NCBI GenBank assembly: GCA_031459915.1
Contig: JAVKHO010000014.1
Location: forward strand, 1 to 64,000
Direction: 5' to 3'
Source of the DNA: Candidatus Tepidifontimicrobium thermophilum
GTDB lineage: Bacteria > Sysuimicrobiota > Sysuimicrobiia > Sysuimicrobiales > Sysuimicrobiaceae
DNA: 64,000 bases
The notes beneath the pieces were generated by a model. It was not told where the DNA came from, ran no database searches, and worked only from the letters and a program-made list of their open reading frames with translations. Positions 31,518 to 41,451 of this stretch are shown one piece after another. Positions within the stretch are counted from its first letter, which is position 1; every line of letters begins with the position of its first letter. The position numbers were made by a program, and so were the translations under genes.

Positions 31518-31520
31518 CCC

Positions 31521-32666
31521 CTACGGGCAGAAGCGGCGCTTGAGCTCCGCGTGTCGCTCCAGGACCAGCTTGCGGAACACCTCGTTGACCTCGCTGTACC
31601 GCTTCTGGGCCACGTTGTCGTCGTACACGTTGTGCACGGGTTTCTCGAAGAACGACTTGATCCCCGTGAACTCCGCCATGCGGGCCAGCGGCGAGCCGGG
31701 AGGGCCCTCCATCTTGTACTTGGGAGAGATCCCGTACTGACCCCGGGCCATCATGGTCTTCTGCCCCTCCTCGCTGAGGGCGAACTGGATGAACTCCCGC
31801 GCCGCCCGCGGGTTCCGGGCTCCGGCCAGCACTGCCAGCGGCTCCGGGGTGACGAAGGCGGCGGTCGGGTGCACGTACCGGAGCTCGTACCCGCTGAGCA
31901 GGTCCTCGAACGCCATGTAGGCGGGAACCGCGAAGCCCACCGCGAACTCGCCCTTGGCCACCACCGTGGGCACGTCGCGGCTGCGGGCTACGAAGATCCC
32001 GGTATTGGCCCCCAATCGCTGTGCCCACTCCCAGCCCTTCTGCCAGCCGTACAGCTGCAGGATCACCTCGTAGGTGGCGTGGTTGGAGCTGGACCGGTCC
32101 GGAGTCGCCTGCGCGATCTGGCCCTTGAGCCGGCAGTCAAGAAGGTCGTCCCACTCCCGCAGGGTCTGGAGCCCGACGCGCCGCAGCAGGCGCGGGTGGT
32201 ACACCAAGCCGTAGGGGGTCAGGCAGCACCCTACCCAGAACCCACGGGGGTCCTTGAGGAGCACAGGCTTCGGCGTTCCGATGGACGCGGGGATCTCCCG
32301 GAGCACGCTTTCCGGTAGCTCCAGGGGGGCCAGGAGCTTACGCTCCGCCAGGTCGTCAAACAGGGCGGGCTCGCCGCCCCAGAAGATGTCCGCCTCGGGC
32401 CGCCCGCCCCACTCCCGGATGCGGCCGTAGGCCACGGGGGTGCCCGCGGACACCACGGTGACCTGCACGTCCACGTTGTGCCGCCGCCGCGCGAACTCGC
32501 GGAAGGCCGCCACCGTGGGCTCCGTCACCGTACGGGCCACCGGCGTGATGATCACCAGCCGGTTCTCGATGGCCTGCTGGGCCCGCGACGGCCACGCTGG
32601 CAGCAGCGTGGTCATCATCGCTACGCTCAGCAGCGTGACAACCCACCAGGACCGAGCTTCCCTCAT
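31521..32666 (-). CDS. Fe3+/Afu-family ABC substrate-binding protein
   Basis: Signal peptide, PEADIFWGG, WDDLLD, PDRSSS, AREFIQF.LS.EGQ. Confidence 0.85.
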   Translation of the reverse strand: MREARSWWVVTLLSVAMMTTLLPAWPSRAQQAIENRLVIITPVARTVTEPTVAAFREFARRRHNVDVQVTVVSAGTPVAYGRIREWGGRPEADIFWGGEPALFDDLAERKLLAPLELPESVLREIPASIGTPKPVLLKDPRGFWVGCCLTPYGLVYHPRLLRRVGLQTLREWDDLLDCRLKGQIAQATPDRSSSNHATYEVILQLYGWQKGWEWAQRLGANTGIFVARSRDVPTVVAKGEFAVGFAVPAYMAFEDLLSGYELRYVHPTAAFVTPEPLAVLAGARNPRAAREFIQFALSEEGQKTMMARGQYGISPKYKMEGPPGSPLARMAEFTGIKSFFEKPVHNVYDDNVAQKRYSEVNEVFRKLVLERHAELKRRFCP

Positions 32667-32749
32667 CCCTCCACCTCCCTCTGTGACTGGTCCCCGCATC
32701 GCCTCGACACGGACTCCACCTCTTCCCTTAAGCCCCTTCCAAACAAGGC

Positions 32750-32812
32750 AAAAACCCACTCGACCCCGCACCCAGGGTCGAGCGGGTCCTCTCAGGTCTC
32801 TCCCGCCCGTAT
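32750..32812 (-). terminator. Leader terminator/antiterminator, probable GlpP target
   Basis: Minus strand ACGG..GAGAGACCTGAGAGG, then ACCCGCTCGACCC/GGGTCGAGTGGGT stem plus TTTT, between glpP and the operon. Confidence 0.7.
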
Positions 32813-32855
32813 TCGGTTCTACCAAACTGACTATGGCCCAGCCGCGGGCCATCGG

Positions 32856-33476
32856 TCAAGCTTCCCGGGCGACCGTGGGCTGGACACGTAGACCCCACAG
32901 CCGCCTGGCGCTGGCTGACACCCCCACCGCCCCCGACCGGAGGATGACTGCCACCTGTTCGGGCTGGGTCACCAGCCCCGCCCCGATCACCGGGTGGGGT
33001 ACCGAAGCCCGCAGCTCCCGGATCACGTACGGCACCGCCAGTCCGGGCAGGACCTCCACCAGGTCCGGGTCCGAGGCCCGCACCGCTGCGGTGCCCGTCC
33101 GCAAGGCCTCCGAGTCCACCATGAAAACCCGGTGGATGGCCAGGAGCCCCGCCGCCCTGGCCTCCCGCAGCAGGGCCCCCCGGGTACTCACCACGCCCGC
33201 CGCCCCCAGCTCCCTCAGCAGTCGGATCCCCGCGGCATCCTTGCCTACCCCCTCCACCAGGTCCAGGTGGACGTAGACCGGGATGCCGGCGTCCCCGCAC
33301 CTCGGCAAGGCCTCCCGCAGCCCGAACACGTCGCCCTTGAAGAAGAAGATGGCCGCGGCCCCACGGCGGCAGGCCTCCTCCACGTCCTCCAAGCTGCGGA
33401 CCGCGGGCACCACAGGGAGCTCCCGCAGCCGCGCCAGGAGCGCTTCCACCGCCGCGCTGGTGTGGCCGTCCGCCAC
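32856..33476 (-). CDS. glpP: Glycerol-3-phosphate-responsive antiterminator
   Basis: VVPAVR, VHLDLVEG, GVVST, IHRVFMVDS, EVLPG, I.AGLV; upstream of glp genes. Confidence 0.9.
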   Translation of the reverse strand: MADGHTSAAVEALLARLRELPVVPAVRSLEDVEEACRRGAAAIFFFKGDVFGLREALPRCGDAGIPVYVHLDLVEGVGKDAAGIRLLRELGAAGVVSTRGALLREARAAGLLAIHRVFMVDSEALRTGTAAVRASDPDLVEVLPGLAVPYVIRELRASVPHPVIGAGLVTQPEQVAVILRSGAVGVSASARRLWGLRVQPTVAREA

Positions 33477-33647
33477 TGTTGCAGCTCCCTCCCGCGACCT
33501 GCCCCAGTTGGGGCGCGCCCGCGTGTGGACCATTCCACTCCTCTGGCTCCGTCTCCTCCGGAGCTGCAAGACTCCCTTTCCACGGCCTTCCGGGTGCCGC
33601 ACAATGGAGCCGAGACCGAGTCCCACAACCGACCCGGAGGTCACGCC

Positions 33648-35933
33648 ATGGCGCTCCGAGAGGAAGCCCTCGACTACCACGCCCGCGGCAGGCCCGGCAA
33701 GTTGGCGATCCACATCACCAAGCCCTTCGCCACGCAGCGAGACCTGTCCCTAGCGTACACGCCCGGGGTAGCGGAACCCGTGCGGGAGATCGCCCACGCC
33801 CCCCTGGAGGCGTACCGGTATACCGCCAAGGGCAACCTGGTGGGGGTGGTGTCCAACGGGACCGCGGTGCTGGGGCTGGGGAACGTGGGAGCCCTGGCCA
33901 GCAAGCCCGTCATGGAGGGCAAGGCGGTCCTGTTCAAGCGGTTCGCGGACGTGGACGTGTTCGACGTCGAGGTGGACACCACGGACCCGGAAGAGTTCGT
34001 CCGGGTGGTCCGGGCCATCGCGCCCACCTTCGGGGGGATCAACCTGGAGGACATCCGGGCGCCGGATTGTTTCTGGATCGAGCAGCGGCTGCGGGAGGAG
34101 CTGGACATCCCCGTGTTCCACGACGACCAGCACGGGACTGCCATCATCGCGGGCGCGGCCCTGCTGAACGCCCTGGAACTGGTGGACAAGCGCATCGACG
34201 CCGTCCGGCTCGTCATCAGTGGCGCGGGGGCTTCCGCCATCGCCTGCGCGGAGTTCTTCCTGCTGCTGGGCATGCGGCGGGACCAGATCGTGTTGGTGGA
34301 CACCAAGGGGGTCGTCTACCGGGGTCGCACGGACGGGATGAATCCCTACAAGGAGCGGTTCGCTGCAGACACCCCGGCCCGGACCCTCGCGGAGGCCCTG
34401 GCGGGTGCGGACGTGTTCGTGGGCCTGTCGGCGCCCAACATCGTGACCGGCGAGATGCTGAAGACGATGGCCGACCACCCCATCGTCTTCGCCCTGGCCA
34501 ACCCGGACCCGGAGATCCCGTACGAGGAAGCCCGTGCTGCGCGGCCGGACGCCATCGTAGCCACCGGACGGTCCGACTACCCGAACCAGGTGAACAACGT
34601 CCTGGGCTTCCCCTTCATCTTCCGGGGCGCCCTGGACGTGCGCGCCCGCGCCATCAACGAGGAGATGAAGCTGGCCGCGTGCCGGGCCCTGGCCGCCCTG
34701 GCCAAGCAGGAGGTGCCCGACTCCGTCCTGCGTGCCTACGGCCTGGAGAAGCTGGCCTTCGGGCCGGACTACCTGATCCCCAAGCCCCTGGACCCGCGGG
34801 TCGCACTGTGGGTCGCGCCCGCGGTAGCGGAGGCCGCCATGCGTAGCGGGGTCGCCCGGCGGCACGTGGACCTGGAGGTCTACCGGGAGGAGCTGGCTCG
34901 GCGCCTGGTGCGCGGTCGCGAGGTGATGGGGGTGGTGTTCCAGAAGGCCCGGCGGGACCCCAAGCGCATCGTCTTCAGCGAGGGCGAAGAGCCCAAAATC
35001 CTGCGCGCCGCGGCCATCGTGGCGCAGGAGGGGATCGCCACGCCCCTGCTCCTCGGCCGGGAGGCGGTGGTGCGGGCGCGCATGGAGGAGCTGCGGATCA
35101 ACGGCGCCATCCAGGTGGTGGACCCCGACCGGTTCGACGGGCTCGAGGCGTACGCGCAGGAGCTGTACCGGCTGCGCCAGCGAAAAGGGGTCACCCTCCG
35201 CGAGGCCCGCACCCTGATCCGCCAGCCCAACTACTTCGGGGCCATGATGGTGCGCAGGGGGGATGCGGACGGGTTCGTGGCGGGGCTCACCTACCACTAC
35301 CCGGACGTGATCCGGCCCGCTCTCCAGGTCATCGGCCCGGGGCCGGGGGTCAGCCGCGTGGCGGGCCTGTACCTCATGATCCTGGACGGCCGGGCGTACC
35401 TCTTCACGGACCCCACGGTGAACATCGACCCCACCGAGGAGGAACTGGCGGAGATCGCCATCATGGCTGCGGACAAGGCCCGGGAGTTCGACCTGGAGCC
35501 CCGGGTGGCCATGATCTCCTTCTCCAACTTCGGGTCCACCCGCCACCCCCGGTCCGACAAGGTGGCCCGGGCCACGGAACTGGTGAAGGAGGCCCGCCCG
35601 GACCTCATGGTGGACGGCGAGATGATGGCGGACGTGGCCCTTTCCCCGGAGCTTCGGGCGGAGGACTACCCGTTCTCCGCCCTGGTGGGCGAGGCCAACG
35701 TGCTGGTGTTCCCGAGCCTGGAGGCCGCCAACGTGGCCTACAAGCTGGTCCAGCGCCTAGGAGGAGCTGTCGCGGTGGGGCCCATCCTCATGGGGATGGC
35801 GAAGCCGGTGCACGTGCTCAGCCGCGGTGCGGAAGTGAGCGACGTGGTGAACATCACGGCCATTGCCGTGGTGGACGCCCAGACCCCGAGGAAACCGGTG
35901 GGCGTCCGCTCGCTGTCCGGGGTCCGGCTGTGA
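33648..35933 (+). CDS. maeB: NADP-dependent malic enzyme with PTA domain
   Basis: [40 protein letters not shown]-terminal PTA-like domain. Confidence 0.95.
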   Translation: MALREEALDYHARGRPGKLAIHITKPFATQRDLSLAYTPGVAEPVREIAHAPLEAYRYTAKGNLVGVVSNGTAVLGLGNVGALASKPVMEGKAVLFKRFADVDVFDVEVDTTDPEEFVRVVRAIAPTFGGINLEDIRAPDCFWIEQRLREELDIPVFHDDQHGTAIIAGAALLNALELVDKRIDAVRLVISGAGASAIACAEFFLLLGMRRDQIVLVDTKGVVYRGRTDGMNPYKERFAADTPARTLAEALAGADVFVGLSAPNIVTGEMLKTMADHPIVFALANPDPEIPYEEARAARPDAIVATGRSDYPNQVNNVLGFPFIFRGALDVRARAINEEMKLAACRALAALAKQEVPDSVLRAYGLEKLAFGPDYLIPKPLDPRVALWVAPAVAEAAMRSGVARRHVDLEVYREELARRLVRGREVMGVVFQKARRDPKRIVFSEGEEPKILRAAAIVAQEGIATPLLLGREAVVRARMEELRINGAIQVVDPDRFDGLEAYAQELYRLRQRKGVTLREARTLIRQPNYFGAMMVRRGDADGFVAGLTYHYPDVIRPALQVIGPGPGVSRVAGLYLMILDGRAYLFTDPTVNIDPTEEELAEIAIMAADKAREFDLEPRVAMISFSNFGSTRHPRSDKVARATELVKEARPDLMVDGEMMADVALSPELRAEDYPFSALVGEANVLVFPSLEAANVAYKLVQRLGGAVAVGPILMGMAKPVHVLSRGAEVSDVVNITAIAVVDAQTPRKPVGVRSLSGVRL

Positions 35934-35936
35934 GGG

Positions 35937-36512
35937 CTACTCCTTCTTGCGCTTGGCCCGCTCCACGTAGGTGCTGGTGGCCACCTCCACCCGCACCCAC
36001 TCCCCGGGCGCGATGAAGGGGGGCACGAGGATCACCAGGCCGTTCTCCAGCCGCGCCTCCTTCCACACGTTCTCGTTCCCCACGGAGCGCGTGGGCGGCG
36101 CGGTCTCCACCACCTGCAGCTCCACCACGTCCGGAAAGACCACGCCCACCGCTTGACCCTCCGAGAACTCTACGGGAACCGTGCTCCCCTCCGTGAGGTA
36201 GGCGGCGGCCGGGCCCAGCCGCTCGTTGTCAATGGACACCTGCTCGAAGGTCTCGCTGTCCATGAAGTGGGTGGCCTCCGCGTCGCGGTACAGCACCTGC
36301 ATGGGGCGCCGCTCCAGCTGGACGTCCTCCACGGTCTCGTCGGCGCGGAAGCGCACCTCGCGGACCGCGCCGGTGTGCAGGTTGCGGAGCTTCGCGTGGG
36401 TCACCCCACCCATCTGCCCGCCTCCTGCGTGGTAGGACGCCGTCACCACCTTGTACAGCTCCCCTCCGACCCGGATGGCCATCCCGCTGCGGAGTTCGGA
36501 CGCCACCACCAT
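35937..36512 (-). CDS. efp: Elongation factor P-like protein with non-canonical loop
   Basis: KOW-OB-OB layout: SELRSG, KLRNL.TG, HFMDSETFEQ, KEARLENG, VPPFI..GE, YVER; TATACT -10 at 36545-36550. Confidence 0.85.
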   Translation of the reverse strand: MVVASELRSGMAIRVGGELYKVVTASYHAGGGQMGGVTHAKLRNLHTGAVREVRFRADETVEDVQLERRPMQVLYRDAEATHFMDSETFEQVSIDNERLGPAAAYLTEGSTVPVEFSEGQAVGVVFPDVVELQVVETAPPTRSVGNENVWKEARLENGLVILVPPFIAPGEWVRVEVATSTYVERAKRKKE

Positions 36513-36565
36513 GTCCGCTCCTCCCGCCCGCGCCTCCACGCTCTAGTATAGGCAGGCGGGCCCCT

Positions 36566-37933
36566 TCACGGGGACTCAGACCCGCGGAGCTGGATCCAGA
36601 GGCTCGCGACTTCCTGCGTCCTGTCCAGCTCCACGTCTGCCAGCCGCACCACGGAGCCCCGGGCCACCGGGGATCGTACCCGTACCCGGTGCGCCAGCCC
36701 CACGGGCAGGGCGTCGAGCCCGTCTGCCTCCTGCGCGGGCAGGAGCTTACCGAACACCGTGTAGCCTCCCTCCCCGTCCAGGACGTCCCCTGGCCTCAGG
36801 TCCCTCTTGGCTACCGCTACCACCTCCGCCAGCCGCTCCGCGGGCTGGCCCGTGGCTTCCCCCCGCAGCACCGCCCGGGCTACGCTCACGCCGACCTCCA
36901 GGCCCACCCAGTGCGTCGGGCGGTACAGGGCCGCGTACGTTCCTGAGGAGTCGGTCCGGATCCCGTACTCGGAGAAGCAACGTGCCACGTAGTCGGAACC
37001 CGCCCGCACCACGACGAACACACCCCACCGCAGGTCGCCGGGGACCGGGCTGCCGTCCGGGTTGAGGCTGGACACCACCTCCAACGTGCCCGCCCGCTCC
37101 AGGATCCCGCCCGCGTCCCGCGGCTTGCAGACCTCCGCCAGGCCGTCCACCCCGCAGGCCGGAAACTGCAGGCCCCCGCTCTGCGGTACGAGTCCCGTAG
37201 CGTTGGCCACCGCCGCCATCTCGATGGCGGACTTGGTGCCGTCCAGAAAGGAGGTGAACATGCGGGCGTTGTAGTCGCCGGCCGCCACCATCTCCGGAGT
37301 GAACCCGTAGTGCTCCCACACCTGGTCAGGGGTGACGAAGGAGTAGCCGGGCAGGTAGCGCGTACCCTTTCCCGCGCAGACGACCTCGAACCCGCAGATC
37401 CGGGCCCAGTCCACCAGCTCGCAGATCAGCGCCGGCTGATCCCCGTACGCCAGGGTGTAGACCACTCCCTGCTCCCGAGCCCGCTGCGCCAGCAGCGGCC
37501 CCACCAGCACGTCCGCCTCCACGGTGGCCATGACCACGTGCCGGCCCGCGCGGATGCCCTCCAGGGCGTGCCGGACGGCGGCCGCGGGAGAGCCCGTGGC
37601 TTCCACCAGCACGTCCAGGGCGGGCGCCGAGATCAGCGCCTGAGCGTCGTCGGTCACCCACGTCGTCCCCTGCCGCAGCGCCGTGGCCGGGTCCGGTGCG
37701 GAGAACCGTTCCTCTGGCCAGCCTGCGCGCCTCAGGCTCTCTCTGGCCCTGTCCGGCCACAGGTCGCAGACGCCCAGCACCTGCAGCCCCGGGGTGTGCA
37801 GGGCCTGGGCGAGGAACATGGTCCCGAACTTTCCGCTGCCCACGAGTCCGACCCGTACCGGCCTGCCCTGCTCCGCCCGGCGGGCTAACTCGGCGGCGAG
37901 CCCGCCAAACCCTGGGTCCCGTTCTCTCACCAT
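36566..37933 (-). CDS. NAD(P)-dependent oxidoreductase, homoserine-dehydrogenase-like with C-terminal SAF domain
   Basis: GSGKFG, EATG, VEAD, GDQP, DGTKSAIEM, LDGEGGY. Confidence 0.85.
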   Translation of the reverse strand: MVRERDPGFGGLAAELARRAEQGRPVRVGLVGSGKFGTMFLAQALHTPGLQVLGVCDLWPDRARESLRRAGWPEERFSAPDPATALRQGTTWVTDDAQALISAPALDVLVEATGSPAAAVRHALEGIRAGRHVVMATVEADVLVGPLLAQRAREQGVVYTLAYGDQPALICELVDWARICGFEVVCAGKGTRYLPGYSFVTPDQVWEHYGFTPEMVAAGDYNARMFTSFLDGTKSAIEMAAVANATGLVPQSGGLQFPACGVDGLAEVCKPRDAGGILERAGTLEVVSSLNPDGSPVPGDLRWGVFVVVRAGSDYVARCFSEYGIRTDSSGTYAALYRPTHWVGLEVGVSVARAVLRGEATGQPAERLAEVVAVAKRDLRPGDVLDGEGGYTVFGKLLPAQEADGLDALPVGLAHRVRVRSPVARGSVVRLADVELDRTQEVASLWIQLRGSESP

Positions 37934-38041
37934 GGCGTCCTCCGTCCTTCACCTGGCCTCGGCAGGGAAGTTGTGACCCCGCGTGGTACCATCTTGACCG
38001 TCACGGACAGGGAAGAAAAACGGGGAAGAGGGAGGGCTGGC

Positions 38042-39640
38042 ATGAGGCGTTACGGGTTGCCCGGACTGGTGGTGGCCGCGCTGCTCGCGGCCCTGGTGGC
38101 GGGGGCCGACGGCCCGGTGGGAGCCCAGTCGGTCCCGCGGCAACTGCGCGTCGCCATCGGCATCGACGCGGACCGCCTGGACCCGGCTGAACAGACCACC
38201 ACGACCATCGCCAACATCGTGGACTACATGTTCGAGACCCTGGTGGACCTGCACCCCACCAAGCAGCAGATCGTGCCCCGGCTGGCGACCCGGTGGCAGG
38301 TCTCCCGGGACGGCCTCACCTACACCTTCACCCTGCGCCGCGGGGTACGTTTCCACGACGGCACGCCGCTCAACGCGGAGGCGGTCAAGTTCAGCCTGGA
38401 ACGGCTGAAGGACCCCAGGGTGGCCATGGCCCTCCGGTTCCTCGTCCAGCCCGTACAGTCTGTGGAGGCCGTGGGCGAGGACACCGTCCGGATCCGCCTG
38501 AACAAGGTCACCCCTACCTTCCTTTCGGACCTGTCCACCACACAGTTTGCCATCGTCTCTCCCACCGCAGTGCAGCGGGCGGGAGACCGCTGGCGGTCGG
38601 CACCGGTGGGGGGTGGCACGGGCCCGTACATGTTCAAGGAGTGGCGTCGCGGGGACTCCATCCTTCTGGAGCGCAACCCCAACTACTGGGGCAAGAAGCC
38701 CCTGTTTGATGAGATCCTGTTCCGGGTCGTCCCGGACGCCGGCACGCGCCTCACCCAGGTCCTGGCCGGGGACGTGCACCAAGCCATGCTGCCCCCGGCG
38801 CCGGACGTCAAGGGTCTGCGGCGCAACCCCCAGGTGAAGGTGGTGGAAGCGCCCAGCGACCGGGTGATCTTCGTGGCCATGAACACCCAGTGGGGCCCCT
38901 TCAAGGACGTCCGGGTCCGGCAGGCCATGAACTACGCGGTCAACAAGAAGGCGATTCTGGCCAGCGTGCTGTTCGACCTGGGTACGGTGTCCGACTCGCC
39001 CTGCCCGCCCATGATGTTCGGCTACCACAAGGTGCGGGACGGCGGCTGGCCCTTCAGCCCCACCCGGGCCAAGGAGCTCCTGGCGCAGGCGGGCTACCGG
39101 GACGGGTTCGAGGTGAACTTCTTCACGCCCACGGGGCGGTACATCCAGGACTTCCAGTTCGCGCAGGCCATCGCGGGCCAGCTCCGCAACGTGGGCGTCC
39201 GGGCCAACGTCACCACCATGGACTGGCCGAGCTACGTGGCCATGATCCAGACGCCCCTGGAAAGGACGCGGATCCAGATGCTCGTGCTGGGCTGGGCGTG
39301 GCCGGTGCTGGACTGCGACGGGGTCCTGTACGGTCAGTTCCACTCCTCCAGTCACCCGCCGCGCGGCCTGGGTCCCGCCTTTTACAGCAACCCGCGGGTG
39401 GACCAGCTCCTGGACCAGCAGCGGCAGGAGGCCAACGTGGAACGCCGGAAGGCCCTCCTCAAGGAAGCACAGGAGGTCATCTGGAACGACGCCCCGTGGA
39501 TCTGGTTGTGGAGCCAGAAGTGGTACGTGGTGACCACCCGGAACCTGGACGGTGTGCTCATCCACCCCATCGAGAAGTGGACGGCCCTGTGCGAGCCCCA
39601 GGAGCCGGCGGTAGGCCACCACTGCGTGAACTGGAGGTGA
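38042..39640 (+). CDS. Peptide/nickel ABC substrate-binding protein (family 5)
   Basis: Signal peptide, YTFTLRRGVRFHDG, GTGPY, RVRQAMNYA. Confidence 0.92.
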   Translation: MRRYGLPGLVVAALLAALVAGADGPVGAQSVPRQLRVAIGIDADRLDPAEQTTTTIANIVDYMFETLVDLHPTKQQIVPRLATRWQVSRDGLTYTFTLRRGVRFHDGTPLNAEAVKFSLERLKDPRVAMALRFLVQPVQSVEAVGEDTVRIRLNKVTPTFLSDLSTTQFAIVSPTAVQRAGDRWRSAPVGGGTGPYMFKEWRRGDSILLERNPNYWGKKPLFDEILFRVVPDAGTRLTQVLAGDVHQAMLPPAPDVKGLRRNPQVKVVEAPSDRVIFVAMNTQWGPFKDVRVRQAMNYAVNKKAILASVLFDLGTVSDSPCPPMMFGYHKVRDGGWPFSPTRAKELLAQAGYRDGFEVNFFTPTGRYIQDFQFAQAIAGQLRNVGVRANVTTMDWPSYVAMIQTPLERTRIQMLVLGWAWPVLDCDGVLYGQFHSSSHPPRGLGPAFYSNPRVDQLLDQQRQEANVERRKALLKEAQEVIWNDAPWIWLWSQKWYVVTTRNLDGVLIHPIEKWTALCEPQEPAVGHHCVNWR

Positions 39641-39654
39641 CGGCGTAGCCTGCT

Positions 39655-40575
39655 TTGGGGGCGTACGTCCTCCGCCGGTTGGCCCTGGCGGTCCCGACCC
39701 TGGTCGGGGTCACGGTGGTGGTGTTCGCCCTCATCCGGCTGGTACCGGGCGACCCCGCGCGGCTCGTGCTGGGCCTGCAGGCCTCGGAGGAGGAAGTCCA
39801 GCGCCTGAGGGTCGAGCTGGGGCTGGACCAACCGTTGCCGGTGCAGTACGCGCGGTTCCTCGGGCGGCTCGTCCAGGGTGACCTGGGCAGGTCGGTGGTC
39901 ACCGGCGAGCCGGTCACCCGGGAGATCGCTGCGCGGCTGCCGGCCACGGTCCAGCTGGCGGTGGCCAGCACCCTGCTGGCCACCGCCGCCGGGATGGTCG
40001 CGGGCGTGATCTCCGCCACCCGACAGTACTCGTGGGTGGACTACCTCGTGATGACCGTGGCCCTGTTCGGCATCTCCCTGCCGGTTTTCTGGCTGGGGCT
40101 CATGCTGATGCTGCTGTTCAGCGTGCACCTCCGCTGGCTGCCCGCGGGAGGGTACGGGACGCCCGCGCACTTGGTCCTGCCCACGATAACCCTGGCGGCG
40201 TTCTCCGTGGCCATCATCGCCCGCATGACCCGCAGCAGTCTCCTGGAGGTGCTGCACCAGGACTACGTCCGCACCGCGTGGGCCAAGGGCCTGGGCGCGC
40301 GGGCGGTGGTCCTGCGCCACGCCCTGAAGAACGCCCTGATCCCGGTGGTGACCGTCATCGGGCTGCAGTTCGGAGGCCTGCTGGGAGGGGCCATCCTCAC
40401 GGAGACGGTGTTCGCCTGGCCGGGGATGGGCCGGCTCCTGGTGGGGGCCATCGTGGCCCGCGACTACCCCGTGGTCCAGGGCGCGGTCCTGGTGTTCGCC
40501 GCCCTGTTCACCCTGGTCAACTTGGCGGTGGACGTGCTGTACGCGTATGTGGACCCGCGCATCCACTACGGTTAG
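39655..40575 (+). CDS. Peptide ABC permease (DppB-like)
   Basis: PGDPA, GDLGRS, DYVRTA.AKG, ETVFAWPG, DPRI. Confidence 0.92.
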   Translation: MGAYVLRRLALAVPTLVGVTVVVFALIRLVPGDPARLVLGLQASEEEVQRLRVELGLDQPLPVQYARFLGRLVQGDLGRSVVTGEPVTREIAARLPATVQLAVASTLLATAAGMVAGVISATRQYSWVDYLVMTVALFGISLPVFWLGLMLMLLFSVHLRWLPAGGYGTPAHLVLPTITLAAFSVAIIARMTRSSLLEVLHQDYVRTAWAKGLGARAVVLRHALKNALIPVVTVIGLQFGGLLGGAILTETVFAWPGMGRLLVGAIVARDYPVVQGAVLVFAALFTLVNLAVDVLYAYVDPRIHYG

Positions 40576-41440
40576 CTGGGCCGGCCCCCGCGAGGCAGCC
40601 CGTACCCCGCCCACGGTGTGGCGGCGGCTGCGCCGGCACCGCACCGCGGTGGCCGGCTTGGCCGTCCTGGCCACGCTCCTGTTCGTGGCCGCGGCGGCGC
40701 CTTTGCTGTTCCCCGAGGACCCCACGGAGCCGCGGTTCGAGCGGGTCCTGCGGCCGCCCTCGCCGGAACACCCCCTGGGTACGGACAACCTCGGCCGTGA
40801 CCTGCTGGCCCGGATCGCCTACGGGGGCCGCGTTTCCTTTGTCATCGGCGTGCTGGCGGTGAGCTTCAGCGCGCTGGTGGGAGTGCCGGTGGGACTGCTG
40901 TCGGGCTACTACGGCGGGAAGTTCGACCTGGTGGTCCAGCGCCTCGTGGACCTGCTTCTGGCCTTCCCGGGATTCCTTCTCGCCCTGACGTTGGTCGCCG
41001 TGTTGGGGGTCGGGGTGACCAACGTGGTGGTGGCCGTGGGCCTTGCTTCCGCCCCCGTGTACGTCCGGCTGGTCCGCGGGGTGGCCCTGTCGGTACGCAA
41101 CCAGACTTTCGTGGAAGCCGCGAGGGCCCTGGGCGCTTCGGACCGCCGGATCCTGTTCCGCCACGTGCTGCCGAACTGTACCGCACCCGTGATCGTGCAG
41201 TCCACCCTCCAGCTGGGCACCGCGATCCTCACCGCTGCCGGGCTGGGCTTCCTGGGGCTGGGCGTAAAACCGCCCACACCCGAGTGGGGGACGATGTTGG
41301 GAGAGGGCCAGACGTACCTTTTCTCCTCCTGGTACATGGCCACGTTTCCGGGCCTGGCGATCTTCCTGACCGTGTTGGCCTTCAACCTCCTGGGGGACGG
41401 CTTGCGGGACGCCCTGGATCCCCGGATGAAACTGGCGTAG
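40547..41440 (+). CDS. Peptide ABC permease (DppC-like); start uncertain
   Basis: HPLGTD.LGRD, HVLPN, PEWG, GDGLRDALDP. Confidence 0.9.
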   Translation: MWTRASTTVSWAGPREAARTPPTVWRRLRRHRTAVAGLAVLATLLFVAAAAPLLFPEDPTEPRFERVLRPPSPEHPLGTDNLGRDLLARIAYGGRVSFVIGVLAVSFSALVGVPVGLLSGYYGGKFDLVVQRLVDLLLAFPGFLLALTLVAVLGVGVTNVVVAVGLASAPVYVRLVRGVALSVRNQTFVEAARALGASDRRILFRHVLPNCTAPVIVQSTLQLGTAILTAAGLGFLGLGVKPPTPEWGTMLGEGQTYLFSSWYMATFPGLAIFLTVLAFNLLGDGLRDALDPRMKLA

Positions 41441-41451
41441 GAGAGTCGCCG

